Origin: Chloropicon primus
Lineage: Eukaryota
DNA: 64,000 bases
Direction of reading: 5' to 3'
Assembly: GCA_023205875.1 (NCBI GenBank)
Contig: CP060757.1
Coordinates: forward strand, 1,302,001 to 1,366,000
Position numbers and translations under genes: made by a program. Below the pieces are notes generated by a model. It was not told the origin of the DNA. It saw only the letters and a program-made list of their open reading frames with translations, and ran no database searches. Shown here in pieces: positions 10,017 to 19,706 of this stretch. How positions within the stretch are numbered: the stretch's first letter is position 1; every line of letters begins with the position of its first letter.

Positions 10017-11660
10017 TCACGGCGTGCAGATGTTGATGAGGCCGGCTGCAAAGAGACTCCGCAGCACCATTCTCTCGTGGTCCCACGCGTGCTGGGTCCT
10101 GCCACTCCTCGGGGGCTGCCTCCTGCCCGTGAACCAATACGGGCCCTTGGTGGAGACGTCGGTGGTGAAGCCGTAGAGGTTGACCACCGAGCAGGACTGC
10201 ACGAGGCCGAGCACGGCGTGCATTCCGCTCGTCATGTACTCCCACTCCTCGAAGGGGCCGTAACCCAGCCTCAACAGATCCTTCCTCAGCGTCTTGAACA
10301 CACCCACCGCGGTGGAGAGGAACGGCGTCGGCATCACAGAAGACGGGTTGGTGGGGTACTTCTTCCTCATTTGCTTCAGGATGTCGCTCCTGGAGGCCGG
10401 GAACCAGATCAAGAACTGGAGCTGCTTGTTGTCCGGCTTGTAGTTCTTCCGGAAGCAGCACACGTCCTTGGATATCTTGAATGACATCACTCGAAGGCTG
10501 GTCTTGTTTCCCAGGTTCTCCTCGAACTTCCTGGTGGGCAGGGCGTTGACCCGGGCAACGAAATCGTGCTCATCGATGTACTTCCCGTACTTCTTCTCCT
10601 TCATCGCCCCAGAGTTTCCCACCAGCGCGCACGTCTTGTACGTCTTCTTCAGCATGGCATTCCTTGTGGTGAGGATAGTTCCCATCCCGTCCAAACTCCG
10701 AGCCAGCGCCATGGTCTTGTTGTCGCACTTGCCCAGGTTCTGCAGGCACTTGATGAGCGGGCCCTCGCCGTCCTTGAGGCGTCCGGTTGCCCTCTCGATC
10801 CTAGCCCGCCTCCTGCCATTCTCGGTCTTCGCTCGCGTCACTTTCTTGTGAACGTTCATGGGGGAGACGTACCCATTCTTTGCGATGTATCTCCTGGAAC
10901 CACCTTTCTTTATCTTCTGCTCGGTGAACTTGGGCAAAAAGGATTCGGGCATCTTGCCGCACTTGAACTCGTCCCTGACCGAGTGCGTCCCGTACGCCGC
11001 CAGGGCGTTGATGGTCTTGCCTTTGGATGTAGTCAATTTTTCCTGGGGTTCATCGCTCTTCTTGGCAGACTTTGGAGCAGGTTTCACCTTGGAGAGCTTC
11101 TCGAGGACCTTTGATTTGTTCTTCTTCACCTCCTCGGCCTTCTTCGCCTTTTCCTCCACGATCTTGTCCTTGGCCGCCTCAGCTGCCTCCTTCAAGGCTT
11201 CGTGGGAGCTCGGGATCTCAGCCTCCTTGGTCGTTGGCACCGGAACTGGTTCTGGAACTGGTTCTGGAACAGGAACCGCCGGTTCCGGTTCGCTCTTGGA
11301 CGTCTTCTTCTTCTTCTCCTTGTCCTTCCCCTTCCCTTTGCCCTTCCCCTTCGAGGCCTCTGTCCGCTCGACTTTCGGCTTGTCTTTCGGCTTTCCTTTC
11401 CGCTTCAACTCCTCCGCCTCAAACCCAGTGGCCTCGGGTGGCTGATCCCCGCTCTCCAGATCGAGCAACGAGAGGTCCGCCCCCTGGCTGCTGCGGTCTT
11501 TCAGGGTCGAGAGCCTGTCGACCGCCTGATGGTACTTGTCGACGACGACCGTAGTCTTGAGCTTAAGGCTGAGGCTCAGGACGCAAAATGCAGCCGTGGC
11601 AAGTGCGAACACGATCACGTACTTGTTCGCCTTGACACCCTTGGACCTCTGTTCGCCCAT
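10017..11660 (-). CDS. GT29 sialyltransferase-like type II membrane protein
   Basis: N-terminal TM, Lys/Pro-rich stem, sialylmotif L (CALVGNSG...IDEHDFVARVN), S (TSGMHAV...C..VNLYGF) and VS (HAWDHE). Confidence 0.9.
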   Translation of the reverse strand: MGEQRSKGVKANKYVIVFALATAAFCVLSLSLKLKTTVVVDKYHQAVDRLSTLKDRSSQGADLSLLDLESGDQPPEATGFEAEELKRKGKPKDKPKVERTEASKGKGKGKGKDKEKKKKTSKSEPEPAVPVPEPVPEPVPVPTTKEAEIPSSHEALKEAAEAAKDKIVEEKAKKAEEVKKNKSKVLEKLSKVKPAPKSAKKSDEPQEKLTTSKGKTINALAAYGTHSVRDEFKCGKMPESFLPKFTEQKIKKGGSRRYIAKNGYVSPMNVHKKVTRAKTENGRRRARIERATGRLKDGEGPLIKCLQNLGKCDNKTMALARSLDGMGTILTTRNAMLKKTYKTCALVGNSGAMKEKKYGKYIDEHDFVARVNALPTRKFEENLGNKTSLRVMSFKISKDVCCFRKNYKPDNKQLQFLIWFPASRSDILKQMRKKYPTNPSSVMPTPFLSTAVGVFKTLRKDLLRLGYGPFEEWEYMTSGMHAVLGLVQSCSVVNLYGFTTDVSTKGPYWFTGRRQPPRSGRTQHAWDHERMVLRSLFAAGLINICTP

Positions 11661-12206
11661 GGCCGCGCTCTCTTTCAGCGGCACAGTCGCCGCGTTCTGT
11701 GTCCTTGCTCCCTCTCCTCGCCCAAGCCTCTGTGTATGATATCCAAGCCACTCAACCAGACGGGGACGCCTTTATCTCTCACCCCCCAAGCCCCTCTCCT
11801 CCACCTCTGCCCCTCTCCTTCGCCAAAGGCCAAGGCGCTCTCTCCCTTGTTCGCCAACAATCAATCGTAATCAATGTAGATTGGTCCGGACCGGAGGGAG
11901 AAAGAGATCACATCGCCAGAACGAGAGAACGAAGACCCGAGGGAGGAACGCTTGACTCTTGAGTCTGTCTCTCTTACTCTTACTCTTTCGCTGGACTCCT
12001 GGTTCCGACAAGGAAGGGCGGTGGAAGTCTGTTTTTCTCAGGATCCGCCACGTCCTTGGGACAGGAGAATATGCTCGCTTGGTGGGCCGAGGATACGCGG
12101 CGACGGAAGGCTGGGGCGCTTCAGGCAGACCTCCGCCCGATTCTCTTGGCGATATGAGACGCGCAACGCACAAAAGGATAACGATACAAAACGCGAAATT
12201 AAATCG

Positions 12207-13022
12207 CTAGACGTACACAAGGGCATTCACCTCGGCCACGTGAACCTCGAACCTTCCCTCAACATCGAACACGGACGTGGCATCGCCGCTGCCAAGCGTG
12301 TACTGTGGCCTGAGCATCGGCAGCTTGACGTTCCCGCAGACCTCCGCCCTGAACCTCCTGCTGATAGGCACTTTCGTCCTCCAATCGAAGCTGTTCGGTC
12401 CGACGGACATGACCCTCCGGTTGCCCCGGCCGCTCAAGAAGTTGATTCCGACCGTGGGCTTGTGGAACCCCCCAGTCTCCGTCCTCGTGTAAGGACACTG
12501 CACTTGGACACAAAAGGACGGACCCCCAGTCACGTAAAAATCTTTCCTGCGGGGTCGAAGAGTCGAGCGGAAGAGGACACGCGAGGTCGGCTCAGTGAGT
12601 ACACCCCCCCAGGAGGAGGTTCCATCTTTTCCTCGCTTACCTGTAGTTCACGGTCTTCTGATTCAGATCCAGCAAGACTCTACCACCAAGTATTTTGTCC
12701 TGTCCCGGGAGTCAGAAGGACAAACAAGGAAAGCGGGACGGGAGTAAGAAGCAATGGACGGGCCGTTACACCAATCGACCCATCGATCAATCCATCTCTC
12801 TCTTCTCCCCTCCTTCTTTCCCTCACTCCTCTTGCTCACCTTGCAGGAGGCCACCCACCGGACCTCTTCCTTCTCGAAGTTATAATCCAATCCAGCGCTG
12901 ACCTTGACGGGCCACACGTCTATCTTCTTCCTCACTTTTATGTTGTTCGGAATCTTGAGCGAGGTTGACACCTGCACGTTCTCCCCCACGTGAGCGACGT
13001 ACCTGTCCCCCGACGTCGCCAT
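12207..13022 (-). CDS. Probable beta-strand-rich (beta-barrel-like) protein; exons 13022-12840, 12699-12641, 12546-12207
   Basis: Two GT-AG introns join in frame: MATSGDRY...RWVASCK|DKILGGRVLLDLNQKTVNYR|KDFYVTGGPS...FEVHVAEVNALVYV; alternating polar/hydrophobic strands. Confidence 0.7.
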
Positions 13023-13306
13023 CCCTCTGCTCGGCTCGGGGCGTTTTCGCCCAAAGACCCTCCCGTGTCCGCGTCCCTCCACACACACACACACACACAC
13101 ACACAACGCCTCTCCCGCGTTTCCCGCACGCGCCAGACCCACCCGATATGGTGTCCCTCTCCTCTCCTTCTCCTGTCCTCTCCTTAAGGATAAGGCGAAG
13201 ATAGGATAATTTCAAAACGAGCGACGGCGACGGCGACGGCGAGTAGTAGCGCGAAGGCGAGACGAGGACACGAGGAAGAGACGAGTGAAGAGACCGATTA
13301 GGAAGA

Positions 13307-13703
13307 ATGACGAAGGTTACGTGCAAGGGTGGGGTGAAGCTCGCTGACGTGAAGGATGCGTCGAACCCAGTTGCGACTGGCTCGGTCACGGTTGCCCACG
13401 CCCTGGACAACGGCGTCAAGGTGAAGGCTGTTATCAGCGACAAGGTCGTCAAGACCAACACCCTTGCCGGCAGCTCCTTGACCGTGGAGAAGCCTGGAAG
13501 CTTGTCTGCGACCTACTCCTTCGATAGCAAGACGACCAAGGTCACCGTCTTCGGAAAGTCCAACATTCAGGACAGGGCCGTGAAGGGCAAAATCACGTAC
13601 AACCAGAAGGGAGACGCCTGGGGTGCCGAGGCCACCGTCGCTCTCGACGGACCTCTCAACGATTTCACTGCCAAGTAAGTGCCGCGACAAGGGGGTTCTC
13701 CGA

Positions 13704-13752
<49 letters not shown>

Positions 13753-14263
13753 GCTGACTGACACTACAAAACAACACGACAACACACACTCTCCTCTCTC
13801 CTCCCCTAGGTACGACTTGAAGAGCAAGGCCGCCACTTTGTCCACCGCCTTGAACATCTCTGGGATCGATCTGGAGCCAGAGTACGCCGTCAAGAGGAAG
13901 GCTCTGTCCCTCTCTGCTTCCAAGAAGGTAAGGAAACCAACCAGCGAAAGACGCGAGTTTGTCTCGATTCGCGCGAGTGGGTGCGTGAGAGAGAGAACCG
14001 AGAGAACCAGAAGCAAACTCCTGTTTACGAAACTCCTGTTTTACTGACAACCGGCTTGCGAAAACGCTACTTTTGGATTAAAAAAATAAAATTACTTATG
14101 AAAACAGGTGAACGGAATCCCAATGACCGCGACCTACGACTTCAGCTCCAAGGACGTCTCCTTGCAGGCGAAGTTCGACCCAGTCACCGCCAAGATCACT
14201 ACGAACGCGAACGGCGGCGCTGTTGGGCTCAACCTCTCGACCTCCCAGAGCTTCGACATCTGA
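13307..14263 (+). CDS. OEP24: Chloroplast outer envelope pore protein 24; exons 13307-13674, 13810-13927, 14108-14263
   Basis: VKVKAVISD...LTVEKPGSLSATY, LEPEYAV, ATYDFSSK and terminal SFDI resemble OEP24; splice sites keep the frame. Confidence 0.75.
13707..13749. repeat. (CA)n microsatellite in OEP24 intron 1; a shorter one lies at ~13080-13104
   Basis: Direct read. Confidence 0.95.
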
Positions 14264-14381
14264 AGCGTGACGTGGTTTCTTGGCCCTCGGCCTCAGGTTC
14301 CCACGCAGGAGAGAATAATACTCAAGGTAAACAAACACACGGATAAACGAATTTGTGAAACACGTTCATCTCAAGAACTGC

Positions 14382-17030
14382 CTAGACCCCACTTTTGAAG
14401 AAGTACGTCTGCATGATTCCCTTGCCCTTCAGCTTGGTGGCTCCTCTGTAGTACAGACTAGAGCTCATCTCCTCGTCTTGCCTCTTCAACAGCTCGGCCG
14501 CTTGAGAGGAGACGTGGATCATGTCCGCCTTGCCCGTCGTCTCGATCCTGGACACCACGTTGACAGTGTCCCCGTACAGACTGAACTTCGGGTTGAGGGA
14601 GCCCACCACGGCGCCCACGCAGGGGCCCGAGTGGACCCCGATGCGGATGCTGATGTTCCTGTCGGGCGCCTCGGGGTCGCCGCTCGGAATGGAGGTCTCC
14701 TTGGCCGCCTGGATGGCCTCCTCGGCGAACGCCAGGGTCCTGGCGCAGTGGTCCCTGTCGTTCTCCTTGAGCATGCCTCCCACCACAAAGTAGGCGTCCC
14801 CTATCGTCTCGATCTTGTACAAGTCGTACTTGGTCACCAAGTGGTCCAGCTTGTGGTAAAATTGGTTGAGCATCTGGGTGATGGACTCCCCGCCCAGCCT
14901 CTCCGACAGCGCCGTGTACCCCACGATGTCGGTCATCAGCAGGGTGAGGCACTTGTAGCTCGTCGAGGAGGGCGAGATTCCCTTCTTGATCTCCTCCGCC
15001 ATCTTTGCGGGCAGGTGGGCGCACATCACGTTCCTCGCCGGCACGATCGACGCCGACCTCCTGAGCTTCCCGTTCTCCGCGAGAATCTGCTCCTGGATCT
15101 GGGCGAACGTGGGCCTCTTGCTGGGGTTCGGGTGCAGGCACTGCCTGATCAGGAGGACCGCGAACGGAGGGGCCTCCTTCGGGATCACCAGCCTCATGTC
15201 AGACACGGTCAGCTTGCACCTCGTGTACATCTCGATCAGCAGGACTCCAAAGCTGTACACGTCCGTCTTCACCGAGTGTGGGCTGCCCCCGAAGATCTCC
15301 GGGGCCGTCCAAGGCCACCTGGAGCTCGAGGAGATGAACCTCTGCCTGCCGGAGAGTCCAAAGTCGCTGATCTTGGCCTGGAAGTTCTCGTCCACGAGAA
15401 TGTTGGCCGCCCTCAGGTCGTTGTGCATCACGGCCGGCTTCAAGTTGTGCAGGTAGGCCATGCCGGCCGCGATGTCCTTCATGATGCCGAGCATGGTCTC
15501 CTGGTCCATGTGGGAGGTCGGGTTCGTGAGGCAGTCGATCAGACTTCCCCTGGACATCCGCTCCATGACGAGCACGTAGTCGTTCCCCGAGATGTCCTTG
15601 GAGACGCCCATGATCGTCACGATGTTGGGGTGCCTCAGCTTCATCAGGAGCCTGATCTCGTTCTCAAAGTCCTTCTTCAGCCTGCGGCTCACGTTCTTGC
15701 TCAGCAGCTCCCTGCTGGAGGAGGAGTTGAGCACGGAGCTCCTGCTGTTGTTGGACTCCTGGCTCGACCCCGTCCCGTCCACACTGTACACCTGGATGCT
15801 GAAGGACTCGCTGTTGTCGTTGGAGCTCCTGCTCATGCTGGTCTCCTTGCCGTACACGTACATCTCCATGGACTGGGCCCCGGTCGCCACCCTCTCCGTC
15901 TTGCCCCCCTCCACGTAAGTCACCGTCCCCTTGTTCTGGGAGTTGAACGAGCCCAGGCTGCCCGCGGTCGCCTCGAACATGTTGCCCTTGGAGGCGGACG
16001 AGGGAAGCACGAGCTTGGTGGCCACGGGGAAGCTGTTGTAGGACCCCTGGACCACGTACCCGAACTTACCCCGGCCGATGATCTCCGGCGGGCTGTCGAA
16101 GTCCAGGTCCTCGAACGGGATGTACAGGTGCCTGAGCTTCCTCTTCTGCAGCACGATGGTCAGGACGGCCACGGAGAGGGCCGCCACGGCCAGGGCCGCA
16201 GCGATTCCCGCGAACAGGGGGACCTGCGTCGTCCGCTGCTTCTTCACCTCCGCGAGGTCGATGATCGACCTGAAGGTCTCGTCGACCTCGATGGGGGAGG
16301 GCAGCCTGGAGTGGGGCGCCTTGCACTCGCTGTCCCTGACGGACGACACGTACAGCTTCTGGTCCGTGTAGTTGTTCACCAGGACCAGGCCGTCGATGAT
16401 GATCGCGGCGGCCTTCTCCGTGTCCAGGTTCCTCAGGCTCACCCTGTTGTAGATCGGGAACGGGCTGATCGCCGCGGCCTTGCCCTCGCCCGCGTTCTCC
16501 CGCTGGGTCTCCAGCTCCTTGGTCACGGCGGACCAGTTCCCCTCCTTGAGCCCGGACTCGAGGTCCGCCAGGCGGCTCCCCGAGTACGTCTCCAGGGCCT
16601 CCACGTCCCTCCCGTCGTAGCTCGAGAACGACTCGTCGTCGTCCAAGATCCCGGTCTGGTACGCGAAGGTGTCCGCCTGCTGGGAGTACAGGATCTCGAA
16701 TTGGATGGCCCGCTTGACGTCCTCGCTCGGGGCGTACACCCACATCCGGAGCGAGTCGTCGTCGAACACCTTGCCGAAGGGCTGGCGGGTGCACAGCGAG
16801 AAGGCCCCGCCCGGCTCCATCACGATGAAAAGGTTCTCCTCCCCGCCCGCCGTCAGGTTCAGGGACTGCACGCCGAAGCTGCAGTCCACCCACTGGTTCT
16901 CCGTCACCAGCTCCCCGTCCGTTATCACGTGCGTGCACGACGAGGGCGCGTAGGTCGCGGGGTCGCTCGCGGAGCTCAAGGTCGCAAGACCGAGCAGGAG
17001 GACCCCCGCCACCGCGGCCGCCTTCGCCAT
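14382..17030 (-). CDS. Receptor-type protein kinase + class III nucleotide (guanylyl) cyclase
   Basis: Signal peptide, ectodomain, one TM, kinase (GRGKFG, VATK, HNDLRAANILV, DFG, APE) and cyclase (TDIVGYT, KIETIGDAY, RIGVHSGP, GDTVNVVSR). Confidence 0.92.
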   Translation of the reverse strand: MAKAAAVAGVLLLGLATLSSASDPATYAPSSCTHVITDGELVTENQWVDCSFGVQSLNLTAGGEENLFIVMEPGGAFSLCTRQPFGKVFDDDSLRMWVYAPSEDVKRAIQFEILYSQQADTFAYQTGILDDDESFSSYDGRDVEALETYSGSRLADLESGLKEGNWSAVTKELETQRENAGEGKAAAISPFPIYNRVSLRNLDTEKAAAIIIDGLVLVNNYTDQKLYVSSVRDSECKAPHSRLPSPIEVDETFRSIIDLAEVKKQRTTQVPLFAGIAAALAVAALSVAVLTIVLQKRKLRHLYIPFEDLDFDSPPEIIGRGKFGYVVQGSYNSFPVATKLVLPSSASKGNMFEATAGSLGSFNSQNKGTVTYVEGGKTERVATGAQSMEMYVYGKETSMSRSSNDNSESFSIQVYSVDGTGSSQESNNSRSSVLNSSSSRELLSKNVSRRLKKDFENEIRLLMKLRHPNIVTIMGVSKDISGNDYVLVMERMSRGSLIDCLTNPTSHMDQETMLGIMKDIAAGMAYLHNLKPAVMHNDLRAANILVDENFQAKISDFGLSGRQRFISSSSRWPWTAPEIFGGSPHSVKTDVYSFGVLLIEMYTRCKLTVSDMRLVIPKEAPPFAVLLIRQCLHPNPSKRPTFAQIQEQILAENGKLRRSASIVPARNVMCAHLPAKMAEEIKKGISPSSTSYKCLTLLMTDIVGYTALSERLGGESITQMLNQFYHKLDHLVTKYDLYKIETIGDAYFVVGGMLKENDRDHCARTLAFAEEAIQAAKETSIPSGDPEAPDRNISIRIGVHSGPCVGAVVGSLNPKFSLYGDTVNVVSRIETTGKADMIHVSSQAAELLKRQDEEMSSSLYYRGATKLKGKGIMQTYFFKSGV

Positions 17031-17362
17031 GGTCCCCGCGCGAAGACGAAAGTCAAGAAGAAGAAGAAGAGAGCCAAACAAACCCTCCTCTCTCTTGTCT
17101 CCGGTCTTTTGCGCAAACCAAAAAAGAAAAAAAAAAGAAAGAAACCCAAGAGAGGCAAGAAAGCTCGTCCTCACGTCGCGTCTCCCTCTCGTCCCTCCCC
17201 ACCCCCTCTCTCGTGCGCTCGGTTCGCAAAGGGGCGTCCTCGTAGGTCGTCCTTCGAGGGCCTTCCCTCTTCGTCTTCTGCTCCTCCCGCCTCCTTTGTT
17301 TTTCGTATAAGGTTTGCGTAGAAAAACGCACGTTACGACGGTTTGATGCAAACCGCTGTGGG

Positions 17363-18106
17363 ATGCTTATGAGCAATCAAGAGATCTGTGGAGACGGACA
17401 AGGGAAAGTGGAGAGAGAGAGAGCCGATCGATTGCGATCGATGCTGGAGCGGAACGGGGGTCCGACGACGAGGGGGAGGGGGAGGAGGAAGGTGTGGGTT
17501 GGAATTCCCCTCGTTGTTCTTCGGAGCACCCTCCTCCGACGACGAGACCGCCTCGGGGGTACGAGGAGGAGCGAGACTTGCCCCGGCAGCGGCGAGTGGC
17601 GGGCCAGCCTCGGCTGGGAGGACGTGCCACAGCCGCTCGACCTGGGCACGTACAAGTCGGCTTCGGAGGCGGCCCGTGCCCGGAACCTCGCCGTGATCTG
17701 CCTGGAGTGGACCGGGAGCCTCAGCTTCGACGGGTACGCGTGCGGGCTTTGCGAGCTCCTCCGAGGCATGAGCATCGAGGAGCTTTTGGGTCATCTCGGT
17801 GCCGTGGGGTTCCGGAAGCGTTGGTCCGAAGCGGACCACAAGGCCGCGGTGACGGGGTTCGCGTGCGGGAAACCGTGCAAGCAGATCGCGGAGAGGCTGA
17901 ACCGAGCGCCGGACGAGGTGAGAAGACACTTGCTGGTCTGGCGCAACGTCGACCCGGGTCTTGGGCACGCGAGGGACGCTCGAGCCCTCTCGATCGCGTC
18001 AAACCTCCTTGGGATCGAGCAGGAGTGCACGGAGCTCTTGCTGAAAGCAGGCACCGACAAGGTGCTTGCGGAACTCACTCGAATGTGCAGCATCCTGAGC
18101 GAGTGA
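17363..18106 (+). CDS. Putative DNA-binding protein with degenerate AP2-like and Myb/HTH-like segments; start uncertain
   Basis: WRASL...LDLGTYKSASEAARARNLAVI (AP2-like) and RWSEADH...KQIAERLNRAPDEVRRH (Myb/HTH-like). Confidence 0.55.
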   Translation: MLMSNQEICGDGQGKVERERADRLRSMLERNGGPTTRGRGRRKVWVGIPLVVLRSTLLRRRDRLGGTRRSETCPGSGEWRASLGWEDVPQPLDLGTYKSASEAARARNLAVICLEWTGSLSFDGYACGLCELLRGMSIEELLGHLGAVGFRKRWSEADHKAAVTGFACGKPCKQIAERLNRAPDEVRRHLLVWRNVDPGLGHARDARALSIASNLLGIEQECTELLLKAGTDKVLAELTRMCSILSE

Positions 18107-18193
18107 CAAAAAAAAACACGAGCACAATACCAATACAATAAAACAACAAGTCGATTCCAGCAATGGGTGGAACGAATACATAATTCAGGGTCC

Positions 18194-18895
18194 TCAGACG
18201 TCTCCCTTGGTGTAGCCCCCTCTCGCGGCCCGGAACGCGGGCAGCTCGGCCGCGCGGCGCGCCACCCTGTGGACCGTGGGCGCCTCGGACGCCACGTCCA
18301 GCCCGTGGACGTGCTCGGAGGCGTGGGCCTGGGGCACCACGAAGGCGTCCGCGAGGGAGACCTCGTCGCCGACGGCGAAGTCCCCGGCGCTGCCCGCCAA
18401 GAGGCGCTCCAGGGCGTGGAGGCCGGAAAGCACGGCCTCCCTCTTCACCCCGTCCGCGGCCTCCGCCCCGGCGACCGCCGCGACGCGCGAGACGGTCGTT
18501 CTGTTCTGAGCCGGCTGGATCAGAGACGTTACGGTTTCCACGACCTCGCGCACCCTCGCCCGCCTCACCGGGTCGTCCCTCGGCAGGAGGCAGAGGCCGC
18601 AGCCCGCGTTGCGCTCCTCGAGGAACTCGCAGATCGCGACGCTCTGGGTGATGCGCACCCGAAGGTCCCCGACCCCCCCCAACCGGACCTCCAGAAGAGG
18701 GACCTGCCGGTTGGCGCTCGCGTGGGCGAACTCGGACTCCCTCTGCTGGCCCCCGGGGAGGTCGACGGCAACTGGCGTGTACCTCAATCCCTTCAGCTCC
18801 ATTGCGATTCGCACCCTCCACGCGCACGTGCTCACCGTGCTCGTGTACAGCGTCATCTCGTCCCTGTGCTCACCAGGATTCTCCTTCATCATCAT
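18194..18895 (-). CDS. GSTZ1: Glutathione S-transferase zeta / maleylacetoacetate isomerase
   Basis: STCAWRVRIAMELKG, QVP, TQSVAICEFLEE, IQPAQN, FAVGDEVSLAD...PQ; start among several Met codons. Confidence 0.9.
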   Translation of the reverse strand: MMMKENPGEHRDEMTLYTSTVSTCAWRVRIAMELKGLRYTPVAVDLPGGQQRESEFAHASANRQVPLLEVRLGGVGDLRVRITQSVAICEFLEERNAGCGLCLLPRDDPVRRARVREVVETVTSLIQPAQNRTTVSRVAAVAGAEAADGVKREAVLSGLHALERLLAGSAGDFAVGDEVSLADAFVVPQAHASEHVHGLDVASEAPTVHRVARRAAELPAFRAARGGYTKGDV

Positions 18896-19267
18896 CCCCA
18901 CCACCACCACCGGTTCGTCGGGCAAATTCCAATCCCAATCTTCTTCCAAGGGCGAAGGGGACGCTGCGTCAGACACGTCACGCAGCGCGGCGTGGCCTAG
19001 TCCCACCACCACCTCCACCCCTTGCGTTGTGTTGGTCCTCTCTTCATATTATAATTTAAACCGAAACCCTGCCTGTCAGTCGACCTGGAGAGCCTTGAGC
19101 TCTTTGTGTTGTGTTGCGTTGTGTGTGTCTGGGGTGGGAAGGAGGCGGACGGAGGGTGGATGGGGGAATAGAAAAGGTAGGCTCCTCACCCCTCTCTCGC
19201 TCTCTTACTCGAGGAAGAGAAACCGACACCAGCGAGACGAGACGGCAAGGAAACCAGGCAGAGAGAG

Positions 19268-19609
19268 ATGATGATGATGATGGACACGACGACGACGGCG
19301 AGGACGACGGAGGCGGAGGCTGCTGCTCCGCCTCGGGCGTTCAAGGTGAAGGTGAAGCACTGGAGGACTCTGGCGTCGTGGTCGTGGAACGCGGGGGATG
19401 ACGTGTGCGGCATCTGCAGGAACCCTTTCGACGGGTGCTCGCCGGAGGCCAAGTACCCCGGCGACGACAGCCCGGTGGTGTGGGGGACGTGCCGGCACGC
19501 CTTCCACCTCCAGTGCATCACGCAGTGGCTCTCCTCCCAGACCGAACAGAGGTGTCCGATATGCAGGCAGAACTGGGAGTTCAAGTCGGCGATGGAGACC
19601 GACGAGTGA
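19268..19609 (+). CDS. APC11: Anaphase-promoting complex subunit 11 (RING-H2)
   Basis: VKHW..ASWSW...CGICRNPFDGC...PGDD.P..WG.C.HAFH..CI..WL...CPICRQ.WEFK. Confidence 0.95.
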   Translation: MMMMMDTTTTARTTEAEAAAPPRAFKVKVKHWRTLASWSWNAGDDVCGICRNPFDGCSPEAKYPGDDSPVVWGTCRHAFHLQCITQWLSSQTEQRCPICRQNWEFKSAMETDE

Positions 19610-19706
19610 GAGGAAGTGAACCGAATTCTGTTTTCTCAAAGGATAAAAGTATATAAATGAACCAAACCCGCAAAAAGCTTCTTTTCGTGTTTTTGCTCGG
19701 TCCTCC

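Noticed and set aside
14355..17321. 988-aa + strand ORF, and similar long antisense ORFs (4751-6670, 36480-37787, 53823-55904)
   Set aside because: Shadow frames of GC3-rich genes on the opposite strand; no recognisable domains.
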